Part shown: in pieces, positions 10,563 to 17,845 of the stretch
How positions within the stretch are numbered: the stretch's first letter is position 1
Layout of the letters: each line of letters begins with the position of its first letter
IMG/VR virus record: IMGVR_UViG_3300047279_000034
Location: 1-35,462 of that record
Strand: one strand, 5' to 3'
Source of the DNA: a virus
Taxonomy: Duplodnaviria > Caudoviricetes
DNA: 35,462 nt
Made by a program: the position numbers and the translations under genes
Notes under the pieces: generated by a model
Database searches by the model: none
What the model saw: the letters and a program-made list of their open reading frames with translations, nothing else
What the model was told of the DNA's origin: nothing

Positions 10563-10817
10563 ATGGATTCTCAAACAATCATAAATACTGCCATTGCTTT
10601 AGTTGGCTTTCTTGGTGGCTGGATATTAAAGGTTATTTGGGAAGCCGTAAAAGAGCTACAATTTGCCGACAAAATATTGGTAGATAAAGTTAATACCATT
10701 GAGATTTTGATAGCTGGAAACTATATATCTAAGCATGATTTTGACAAGATTGCTGCTGCTATCTTTGCCAAATTAGACAAGATAGAAGATAAGCTGGATA
10801 AAAAGGTAGACAAATGA
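10563..10817 (+). CDS. Holin/antiholin-like single-TM protein
   Basis: N-terminal TM segment followed by a charged coiled coil; first gene of the lysis cassette. Confidence 0.5.
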   Translation: MDSQTIINTAIALVGFLGGWILKVIWEAVKELQFADKILVDKVNTIEILIAGNYISKHDFDKIAAAIFAKLDKIEDKLDKKVDK

Positions 10818-10996
10818 AAATGCACAAGTCAAAAACAATGATATTTTCATTATTGTTAGTGATTTTTGGTGCTTTATTTGATAATTTTTCTTATGTCCAA
10901 AACAGTATTAATCCAAAATATTATGGCTTTATCCTTATTGGGATTGGCGTTATTGTTGCTGTATTGCGCTTTGTGACTTCTAAGCCTATTGAGTAA
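10814..10996 (+). CDS. Putative holin (2 TM)
   Basis: Two hydrophobic helices in 60 aa; ATGA overlap; lysis cassette. Confidence 0.6.
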   Translation: MKMHKSKTMIFSLLLVIFGALFDNFSYVQNSINPKYYGFILIGIGVIVAVLRFVTSKPIE

Positions 10997-11403
10997 TGTT
11001 TCCTTTGACAATCCTTACTTATGTCAGAATTGGGGCTATTGTTATTGGTATGCTTTTTTCTGTGTATATTGGTTATCGCTATGAGCATAATAATTTTATG
11101 GGATATAAGGCAAAAATTGAGTTGTCTACAAGAGTTGAGGAACAACGAACCCAAAATGCAACAGACGAAATCAGGAAAGTAAAAGATGCTCAAATACGCA
11201 CTATTAACTCTCAGCTCGTTGATGCTATTAGCAGCTTGCACAACCGTTCCAGTAACGCCACAAAAACCATCAATGGACAGGATTGCAACGGAGCAACCCT
11301 TTCTGCCACCGATGCAGAATTTCTTATCAGGCAAGCAGCAAGAGCCGACCAAATAAGAGTTGGATTACAGGCTTGTTATAACCAATACGATGCTATCAAA
11401 TGA
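10996..11403 (+). CDS. Rz: Inner-membrane spanin (Rz-like)
   Basis: N-terminal TM, coiled coil and C-terminal Cys residues; contains an embedded lipoprotein ORF. Confidence 0.8.
   Translation: MFPLTILTYVRIGAIVIGMLFSVYIGYRYEHNNFMGYKAKIELSTRVEEQRTQNATDEIRKVKDAQIRTINSQLVDAISSLHNRSSNATKTINGQDCNGATLSATDAEFLIRQAARADQIRVGLQACYNQYDAIK
11186..11356 (+). CDS. Rz1: Outer-membrane lipoprotein spanin (Rz1-like), embedded in the +1 frame of Rz; not in the ORF track
   Basis: MLKYALLTLSSLMLLAAC-TTVPVTPQKPSMDRIATEQPFLPPMQNFLSGKQQEPTK; lipobox LAAC, Pro-rich mature part, AGGA upstream. Confidence 0.85.
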   Translation: MLKYALLTLSSLMLLAACTTVPVTPQKPSMDRIATEQPFLPPMQNFLSGKQQEPTK

Positions 11404-11996
11404 GCTTATTAACACTTGAAAAGCTAAGTAGACTAGGAATTGAAGATAAGTGGCTTCAGCCCTTAAATGATGCTTTTGCCAAATACGATATATCTACACC
11501 TAAAAGACAGGCTTGCTTTTTAGGTCAAGCAATGCACGAATCAGGTAATTTTAAGAATCTTGAAGAAAATTTAAATTATTCAGCTTTAGGTCTTATGAAA
11601 ACATGGCCTAGCCGATTTCCTGATTTAGATACAGCAGATAAATATGCTCATAATGCTGAAAAGATAGCTAATAAGGTCTATGCTGGTCGTATGGGAAACA
11701 TTGAAGAAGGCGATGGATATGCCTTTAGAGGCAGGGGAATCTTTCAGCTAACAGGTAGAGAAAACTATGCTAATTTCGGACATAATGCTTCTGTGGATGT
11801 TCTTAGTAATCCTAATTTGCTGTCTACTCCTGAATATGCGACTTTAAGCGCAGCTTGGTATTGGAACAAGCGGTCACTCAATCAATACGCTGATGTAATG
11901 GATGTAGAGTCCTTAACTAAGCGTATCAATGGTGGAACAATAGGACTTGATAACCGTAAAGCTCAGATTAACAAAGTCCTAGATATTATTGCTTAA
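11400..11996 (+). CDS. Endolysin, glycoside hydrolase family 19
   Basis: FLGQAMHESG, LEENLNYS, FRGRGIFQLTGRENY and TKRINGG motifs. Confidence 0.95.
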   Translation: MSLLTLEKLSRLGIEDKWLQPLNDAFAKYDISTPKRQACFLGQAMHESGNFKNLEENLNYSALGLMKTWPSRFPDLDTADKYAHNAEKIANKVYAGRMGNIEEGDGYAFRGRGIFQLTGRENYANFGHNASVDVLSNPNLLSTPEYATLSAAWYWNKRSLNQYADVMDVESLTKRINGGTIGLDNRKAQINKVLDIIA

Positions 11997-12260
11997 CTAC
12001 TTGCTAAGTCCTGAAGCTAGTCGATTAGCTTTAAACAGGTAGTCATTCCTAGTAGTAGAAGGTGCAATCCAACCGTAGGCTTTCCAAATCTTCTGTACAT
12101 CACTTCCTGATGAATACTTAAAAGTGCTTTTGGTAGCTATTGCTAGTTTTTCGTTTTCCATAGTTTCCTCAACATTGATAGTTAATGAACCGTCTTTTTC
12201 AGTAAAAATTCCAAAAAATGGGATTGGATGCTCTAACTCAGATAGTGTAAAAGTTGCCAT
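11997..12260 (-). CDS. Hypothetical protein (possible second in-frame start at 12161)
   Basis: AGGAG RBS before ATG 12260; GAGG RBS before internal ATG 12161. Confidence 0.6.
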   Translation of the reverse strand: MATFTLSELEHPIPFFGIFTEKDGSLTINVEETMENEKLAIATKSTFKYSSGSDVQKIWKAYGWIAPSTTRNDYLFKANRLASGLSK

Positions 12261-12268
12261 TATTTCTC

Positions 12269-12607
12269 CTAAACAGTAGATTTTTCAATAAAACGGTTAT
12301 TTGCTTGGTTAGTGCGCCAAATGTCCACTCTGAGCTGTGCGCCTATGAGTTGATACCTGAGTGTCTCCTCTATCTCAATCGCCTCTCTAAGACCCTTTAA
12401 AAGCTCTTGGTACTCTGTTCTAGCATAAGCATCTCGCTCTTGTGCTGCCATAGTTTCAACTCCAGCACAAAAAGCCTCTTGCATGAGTAATGCCTTTTTT
12501 GACTTTCTAAACTCCTCTAGGTAGATTCTTTCTGATTTCGCCTTTGCAAATAATTTAGCGTTTTTAAGTAGAAAATCTACTGCTGCATTAGGGTTAATTT
12601 CTTCCAT
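12269..12607 (-). CDS. Hypothetical coiled-coil phage protein
   Basis: GAGG RBS; 112 aa helical protein; part of the leftward operon. Confidence 0.7.
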   Translation of the reverse strand: MEEINPNAAVDFLLKNAKLFAKAKSERIYLEEFRKSKKALLMQEAFCAGVETMAAQERDAYARTEYQELLKGLREAIEIEETLRYQLIGAQLRVDIWRTNQANNRFIEKSTV

Positions 12608-12614
12608 GTTTTCC

Positions 12615-13631
12615 TCAATTCAAAGAATTTTTGATTGTTAATAAGACTTCTTCTTTTTCTTTTAATACCAGCTCTACATTCGATTGCTGCACTTGCATTA
12701 ATTCTAGGTATAAACCCTTATCTGCTTTTAAATCTTGATACAACTCCAGCAGCTCATCACCATTCTTAATAATCTGTCTTGGATGAATGTTGTAGCCACT
12801 TAAATCAATCGTCTTTTGGCAGCGATAGTCATAGACCAAAAGCGTGTTATTCATCAAACACTCATAAAAGCGGTTTGCCATAAAAGCGTAGTTTTCATGC
12901 GTATGCTCATCTTCAAAGTAAATAGACAGCATGAAGTCTTTGAGTCTTAGACCTACTGGTTCAAACATATCGCATTTAGAACCATCCCAAACCAGCTTTT
13001 CTATAAACTTAGCGGTAATACCTGCTGATTGGTATTTCAGGTGATTTCTACGGTTAGAACTGAGACGGTAGGAGACATTGTTGTAGTCTTTCATGTCTTT
13101 AATACGGTTCTTTCTAAATGTTCCGTAGTACAGAATCTCGTCTTTAGATTGATTGTCTTTGGTCTCTAGGTACTTGCTTTCGTCAAATACCAAAGTATTG
13201 AGATTGACCGTATACCAGTTATTAATCCAATCGTTTAAAGTTTTTTCGTGTACTTTCTTGCCTAAAATCCAGCCTCTATAACCTGAACGAGGATTGTTGC
13301 AAATCATGTCGTACTGTTTGCTGTACTTGACAGTCCATTTTCTGAGCAAAATGTTATCTTCAACATCGTGGTCATTCATCATCCAAAACACTTTAGCGTC
13401 AGGATTTCGGTCAAGAATCTCCAAATAAGCGTTGTATTTCATATATGGAGACGCATAGACGCAAATGATTGCATCGTAAGACTTGTCTATAACGCTAGGA
13501 ATATGCTCTGCATGACTGATGAAGTCGCAGCCTAAGTAATCCCTTAATATCACAGCGTTTTTGACATGAACCATTGTGTAATTAGATTTAATCTCTCTTT
13601 TTTCACAAGACTCAATGATGAGCGTTCTCAA
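12615..13631 (-). CDS. GT-B glycosyltransferase resembling T4 DNA beta-glucosyltransferase
   Basis: Colinear motifs VFWMMND, ILYYGTFRKNR, FMANRFYECL and IKNGDELLELYQDLKADKGLYLELMQVQ; similar length; TTG start overlaps the upstream TGA. Confidence 0.75.
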   Translation of the reverse strand: MRTLIIESCEKREIKSNYTMVHVKNAVILRDYLGCDFISHAEHIPSVIDKSYDAIICVYASPYMKYNAYLEILDRNPDAKVFWMMNDHDVEDNILLRKWTVKYSKQYDMICNNPRSGYRGWILGKKVHEKTLNDWINNWYTVNLNTLVFDESKYLETKDNQSKDEILYYGTFRKNRIKDMKDYNNVSYRLSSNRRNHLKYQSAGITAKFIEKLVWDGSKCDMFEPVGLRLKDFMLSIYFEDEHTHENYAFMANRFYECLMNNTLLVYDYRCQKTIDLSGYNIHPRQIIKNGDELLELYQDLKADKGLYLELMQVQQSNVELVLKEKEEVLLTIKNSLN

Positions 13632-13786
13632 AATGGCGCATCCTCAAAGACAACCTTAATTCTAGGAATCTTTACCTTAACAAAGCTCCAGCCGTTCCTG
13701 ATGCCAACAATCTCTTTGGCTTCTTGCAAAGAACGCACTTTACGCATCAATTCACCTGATTCATCGTATATGTAGTATCTAAACAT
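13628..13786 (-). CDS. 52 aa hypothetical protein ending FEDAPF; not in the ORF track
   Basis: MFRYYIYDESGELMRKVRSLQEAKEIVGIRNGWSFVKVKIPRIKVVFEDAPF; fills the gap in the operon exactly. Confidence 0.7.
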   Translation of the reverse strand: MFRYYIYDESGELMRKVRSLQEAKEIVGIRNGWSFVKVKIPRIKVVFEDAPF

Positions 13787-13792
13787 CACTTA

Positions 13793-14287
13793 TCAGCCTT
13801 TAAAGTTAATCTTGTCTAGGTAATGATTCCCTACATCCATGTCTTTAGGCATAGGAATACCGTCATCGTCAATTACAAAAGTACGCTTATCTAGCTCTCC
13901 GATGATGTTTTTACGAGTTTTAAGCAAGTTTTTAGGACTATGCAACTCATTTAATCCCATTTCAAACAACAGCTCAGATACCTTCTTATCGGCTAAAGCA
14001 AAGAAAGTAGTCTTGTTATTGCCTTTAAAAAACTTCTCAGGATTGGTACACATATCGAAAAGATTGCGTAATTTGTCGTTTTGATGGATTCGTACCGTTA
14101 CTTGGTCATTTTTGCTAGGTTTAAGACCAAAGTGAAATCGGCAGTAAAACTTGCTTTCTCCGTTAGTTCCAGCAGACAAAGTACCTGTTAATCCACAACC
14201 ATAGGCAGAACAAACTAAAGGCTGCGCTTGTGATGGATTTTCTTCTTGTCTCTCAGTCTTAACAAATCCTTTTTTAAATTGGCTCAT
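13793..14287 (-). CDS. Zn-finger-containing protein downstream of the replication initiator
   Basis: CSAYGC...FYCRFH; ATG 14287 forms an ATGA overlap with the initiator stop. Confidence 0.65.
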   Translation of the reverse strand: MSQFKKGFVKTERQEENPSQAQPLVCSAYGCGLTGTLSAGTNGESKFYCRFHFGLKPSKNDQVTVRIHQNDKLRNLFDMCTNPEKFFKGNNKTTFFALADKKVSELLFEMGLNELHSPKNLLKTRKNIIGELDKRTFVIDDDGIPMPKDMDVGNHYLDKINFKG

Positions 14288-15057
14288 TTGTTGTAGTTCC
14301 CATCTATGATTTTTTGAAAGTTTGCTGGTAAAAGAATCCATTGAAGGTCAGGTTTCCAAGACCTATCTTTAGACTCAAAGCCTTCTGATAGTTTTGTATC
14401 TGTAGCGATATAGCTAAAGAAACCATCCCACCATTCAATTCCATCTTCTTTTGTTTTGTAGCCGTCAGGAGAGTATTGAGACGGTTTAGAGGCTTGAATC
14501 CATCTGCTTTTCATATTGGCTTGTCTTGAACCTTCCCAAGTTCTAGGCTGCGTTAAATGAGGCAAGTGCTTTTTCCATAAAAGTAAAAGAGAATCATAAG
14601 GACATGGGGGAAACTTAGTTTCTCCTAATGATGGTTTTAATTGGGTATTGGGTATTGGGTCTTGGGTATTGGGTAGCATACCATTCGCATCATGTTCGCA
14701 TTGCGTTTGCATTGCGTTCGCATCACTTTCCTTATGTTTCCTACTCCAGCGAGCATTAGCAGAAGCCCTTGCACTCTCTGATTTACCATAAATGTGAGCA
14801 AGCTCTTTATCGCATCTATGGTGTATATACCCTTCTTCAGTTAAAGAAAAGAAATCAGTAAGAACATTTTGAAGTGCTTGCTGTTCATCATTAGTGCGAA
14901 TACTATGCGAACGCATCAATTTCGCAAGGTCATTGCTTAGTGGTACTTCTTCCAAATAATAAGTATCTAAAAGCTGACGATAGATTCCATGCTCTAGCAA
15001 CGATAAATGAGAAGTATCTTTACGATAATCTCCAATGTTATGAGGGTAATGGTGCAT
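14284..15057 (-). CDS. Replication initiator, DUF1376/YdaU family
   Basis: MHHYPHNIGDYRKDTSHLSLLEHGIYRQLLDTYY; C-terminal WKPDLQWIL..NFQKIIDGNY; internal iterons. Confidence 0.85.
   Translation of the reverse strand: MHHYPHNIGDYRKDTSHLSLLEHGIYRQLLDTYYLEEVPLSNDLAKLMRSHSIRTNDEQQALQNVLTDFFSLTEEGYIHHRCDKELAHIYGKSESARASANARWSRKHKESDANAMQTQCEHDANGMLPNTQDPIPNTQLKPSLGETKFPPCPYDSLLLLWKKHLPHLTQPRTWEGSRQANMKSRWIQASKPSQYSPDGYKTKEDGIEWWDGFFSYIATDTKLSEGFESKDRSWKPDLQWILLPANFQKIIDGNYNK
14641..14725. repeat. Putative replication origin: 5 x 7 bp (TTGGGTA) plus 4 x 11 bp iterons (consensus approx. CGTTCGCATYR)
   Basis: Tandem repeats at 14641-14675 and 14682-14725 inside the initiator gene, as with ori in lambda O. 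Confidence 0.75.
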
Positions 15058-15060
15058 GGT

Positions 15061-15258
15061 TTAACCTTTCTTAAAAAGGTCAGGTCTTAACTGTTCTCTT
15101 GTCAAACGAAGCTCAGAAAGCTCCTCAATTTGGCGTAAATACTTAAATGGAATCTTGGTAGAGTTCCATAAATAAATGGTTTGAGGCTTGATTCCTAGCT
15201 TCTCAGCAAGGTTTATTAAGCTGCCAAACTCAATTTTTAATAAATCTGATGGGTTCAT
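15061..15258 (-). CDS. Cro/YdaS-like HTH regulator
   Basis: FGSLINLAEKLGIKPQTIYLW..IP and C-terminal LRPDLF; AAGGAG RBS. Confidence 0.85.
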   Translation of the reverse strand: MNPSDLLKIEFGSLINLAEKLGIKPQTIYLWNSTKIPFKYLRQIEELSELRLTREQLRPDLFKKG

Positions 15259-15391
15259 AAGTTCTCCTTTTCCGCTATCATATACCTAAAATATGGGAAA
15301 ATACACCTATTAGGGAAAGTCCCTATAAAAAAACTATATGAACCTATATTTTTCGTGTATAGTGGAGTCTAGTTCAACAGTAAAGGAGTAA
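15259..15391. promoter_or_regulatory. Divergent early promoter/operator region
   Basis: Only divergent intergenic region in the genome; -10-like TATAGT (15358, +) and TATGAT (- strand); palindrome TAGGGA-AAG-TCCCTA at 15311-15325. Confidence 0.6.
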
Positions 15392-15394
15392 GTG

Positions 15395-15475
15395 ATGAAA
15401 ACAGCAATAATCGAATGGGTAGGCGTAATTCTTCTAGGTATTCTTTTAGGCGCAATGTTCGCCTTTGGAGCTTAA
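15395..15475 (+). CDS. 26 aa single-TM peptide; not in the ORF track
   Basis: MKTAIIEWVGVILLGILLGAMFAFGA with strong AAGGAG RBS. Confidence 0.7.
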   Translation: MKTAIIEWVGVILLGILLGAMFAFGA

Positions 15476-15477
15476 TC

Positions 15478-15771
15478 ATGGGAATGAACAGAGCTGATGC
15501 CTACTACGAACCTGATGACTATGATGACCGTTCTGATGAGATTGAAGAACGCACATGGGAATTAATGAAAATCGGTGCAAACTATGATTACAGGACTTCA
15601 GGTGCAATATCTGAAGCTCTTAGTGAAATGGGTGTAGACGATGCCAAAGCCTTGCAAGATGTTATTGATACAGGCGATTATGAGCAAATCGGTAGAAAAA
15701 TAGTAATGATGGCTATGGATTACATGGAACATCATGCCAAAGAAGTAGCAGAATTTGAAATCAACGACTAA
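15478..15771 (+). CDS. Acidic hypothetical early protein
   Basis: Start moved to ATG 15478, just after the peptide stop, with GGAG upstream; D/E-rich. Confidence 0.65.
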   Translation: MGMNRADAYYEPDDYDDRSDEIEERTWELMKIGANYDYRTSGAISEALSEMGVDDAKALQDVIDTGDYEQIGRKIVMMAMDYMEHHAKEVAEFEIND

Positions 15772-15778
15772 GGAGTAA

Positions 15779-16315
15779 GTGATGAGTTATTTAGAACTAC
15801 GCAAGATTAATGTAAACGAACACACAGAAAAAAAAGGTAAATTTACCTACCTTTCATGGGCTTGGGCAGTAGACCAGCTCTTACAAGCTGACCCTATGGC
15901 AACATGGGATTATCAAGCTCCTATGCAGTTTGGTGACACTTTGATGGTCTTTTGCTCAGTATCAGCTTTTGGCAAAACCATGACAGCTCAGTTACCAGTA
16001 TTGAATCCTCAAAACAAAGCTATCTCCAATCCTGACTCTTTTGCAGTCAATACAGCTATGCAACGCTGCCTAGCCAAAGCTATTGCACTTCATGGAATCG
16101 GTCTTTATATCTACGCTGGTGAGGATATTCCTGATGAACCAACTCCTGATTTGACTGATTTAGCAAAAGAATGGGTAGGAGAAATCAATGTATGCAAAAC
16201 CATTGAAGATTTAAAAAGGGTTTATGGAACGGCTTATGCAGCACTAGCTAAAGATAAAAACGCAGTTCAGTTAATTGCCAACGCCAAAGACTTGAAAAAA
16301 GGAGAATTTGCATGA
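15779..16315 (+). CDS. Single-strand annealing protein, Sak/DUF1071 (Rad52-like)
   Basis: EKKGKFTYLSWAWA and NTAMQRCLAKAIALHGIGLYIYAGED. Confidence 0.9.
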   Translation: MMSYLELRKINVNEHTEKKGKFTYLSWAWAVDQLLQADPMATWDYQAPMQFGDTLMVFCSVSAFGKTMTAQLPVLNPQNKAISNPDSFAVNTAMQRCLAKAIALHGIGLYIYAGEDIPDEPTPDLTDLAKEWVGEINVCKTIEDLKRVYGTAYAALAKDKNAVQLIANAKDLKKGEFA

Positions 16316-16728
16316 AATACGGGAAAGACCATAAAAATGCAACTCATGGTATGCGATATACGCCTGAATATGCAATTTGGGCTGAAATGAAAAAAAGATG
16401 TTTAAACCAAAAAAACAAAGACTATGTAAGGTATGGAGCTAAAGGAATAACAATTTGCAAAGAATGGGTAGATTCTTTTGAGCAATTTTATAAAGACATG
16501 GGAAATAAGCCTGAAGGTTTTTCTATAGAAAGAATTGACAACACAAAAGGATATTTTCCTAAAAATTGCAAATGGGCTAACAGAAGCACTCAACAACGAA
16601 ACAAATCAAATTCTTTGTGGATTGAATGGAAAGGTCAAGTGAAGCACATTATGGAAGTTGCTCAAGAGTTAGGAATTTCTAAAGGTGCTGCACATTTACG
16701 CTACAAAAGGGGAAAACTGTATGTATGA
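16312..16728 (+). CDS. HNH-type homing endonuclease-like protein
   Basis: THGM..TPEY.IW..MKKRC, YGAKGITICKEW, SIERIDNTKGYFPKNCKWA. Confidence 0.85.
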   Translation: MKYGKDHKNATHGMRYTPEYAIWAEMKKRCLNQKNKDYVRYGAKGITICKEWVDSFEQFYKDMGNKPEGFSIERIDNTKGYFPKNCKWANRSTQQRNKSNSLWIEWKGQVKHIMEVAQELGISKGAAHLRYKRGKLYV

Positions 16729-17338
16729 AGGAATTATTCAAGGCTCTGAAGAATGGTTAAAGTTAAGGTCTGGCAAAGTAACAGCTTCTAGGGTAGCCGA
16801 CATACTCGCAAAGACAAAAACAGGTACTTCAGTTAGTCGGCAAAACTATCTGATTGAGCTTGCCTTGCAGCGAACTACAAAGACCATAGAACCATCATAT
16901 ACCAATGCTGCTATGGAATGGGGAACAGCTACAGAGCCTCAAGCAAGGGTAGCTTATGAAGTCAGTACCAATAACTTTGTAGACCAAGTACCATTTATTG
17001 ACCATCATAAGATTCAAGGATTTGGATGCTCACCTGATGGATTAGTAGGAGCTGATGGACTTTTAGAGATTAAATGTCCTAACTCTGCTACGCATTGGGA
17101 ATACTTTAAAGCTAAAGAGCCACCTAAAAAATATTTTATTCAGATGCAAGCTCAAATGGCGGTAACTGGAGCGAAATGGTGCGACTTTGTATCTTTTGAC
17201 CCTCGTATGCCTGAACGCAGTCAGCTTTTGATTGTGAATGTGCGTAGAGACCCTGAATTTATCCTATACATGGAAGCAGAAATCAATCAGTTTTTAGAAG
17301 AAGTATCTACAGAAGTTAAATTAATGGAGAATCAATAA
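16721..17338 (+). CDS. YqaJ-like (lambda exonuclease family) recombination exonuclease
   Basis: QGSEEWLKLRSGKVTAS, AMEWGT..EP, GCSPDGLVG..GLLEIKCP, YFIQMQAQM. Confidence 0.93.
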   Translation: MYEGIIQGSEEWLKLRSGKVTASRVADILAKTKTGTSVSRQNYLIELALQRTTKTIEPSYTNAAMEWGTATEPQARVAYEVSTNNFVDQVPFIDHHKIQGFGCSPDGLVGADGLLEIKCPNSATHWEYFKAKEPPKKYFIQMQAQMAVTGAKWCDFVSFDPRMPERSQLLIVNVRRDPEFILYMEAEINQFLEEVSTEVKLMENQ

Positions 17339-17586
17339 TGGCTATCACTCATTTTGTAAAAGCAGCAGTTTCAGAGTACCAAGACAAAGAAGGAGCAATT
17401 AAAAAGCGTTATCAGTCGATTGGCGTAATCATGGAAACCAAACATGGATTGATGCTTAAACTGGAAATATTGCCTTTATATGCAATAAAAGAAGGCGGTC
17501 TATTAGCTTACTTAAATCCACCTGAAGATAAAGCTATTCCTACTCAACAAGTTTCTAAGGAGTTTATTGATGATGTTCCATTCTAA
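17338..17586 (+). CDS. Small putative ssDNA-binding protein
   Basis: Follows annealase and exonuclease; SSB-like acidic tail FIDDVPF. Confidence 0.6.
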   Translation: MAITHFVKAAVSEYQDKEGAIKKRYQSIGVIMETKHGLMLKLEILPLYAIKEGGLLAYLNPPEDKAIPTQQVSKEFIDDVPF

Positions 17587-17845
17587 ACTATTGATTCTAT
17601 TAGCTTTTTTTGGTACTGCACAAGCTCAAACTTATGTAATATCAACTCCTCAAGGCTATCAAGCTGGAGTCATACAGGTACAAGGTAATCAAGCTACTGT
17701 CGTTAATAACGCTGGTTATCCTGTACAGAACATTACTGTCTATCCAAACCAAGTCGTAACGCCTTCAGGTTATGCGATTGGAACGCCTAGCTATACAGTT
17801 CCTATGTCTCCTCCATCTCCACCATCACCAAGAGTATTGCAATGA
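17570..17845 (+). CDS. Exported protein with signal peptide and Pro-rich C-terminus
   Basis: KLLILLAFFGTAQA-Q cleavage motif; AAGGAG RBS at 17558. Confidence 0.65.
   Translation: MMFHSKLLILLAFFGTAQAQTYVISTPQGYQAGVIQVQGNQATVVNNAGYPVQNITVYPNQVVTPSGYAIGTPSYTVPMSPPSPPSPRVLQ

Noticed and set aside
11994-12003. Fifth AACTACTT hairpin copy
   Set aside because: Stem does not extend and it is not in a leader; GCCAATTTTGGC before the capsid gene also lacks the loop
14641-14725. CRISPR array or telomere-like repeat
   Set aside because: Units are 7 and 11 bp with no spacers and no cas genes; better explained as origin iterons
15415-15477. Upstream extensions given by the ORF track (also 2604, 14341, 16685, 18866, 19696, 31829)
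   Set aside because: Downstream starts have better RBS or stop/start coupling and avoid long overlaps
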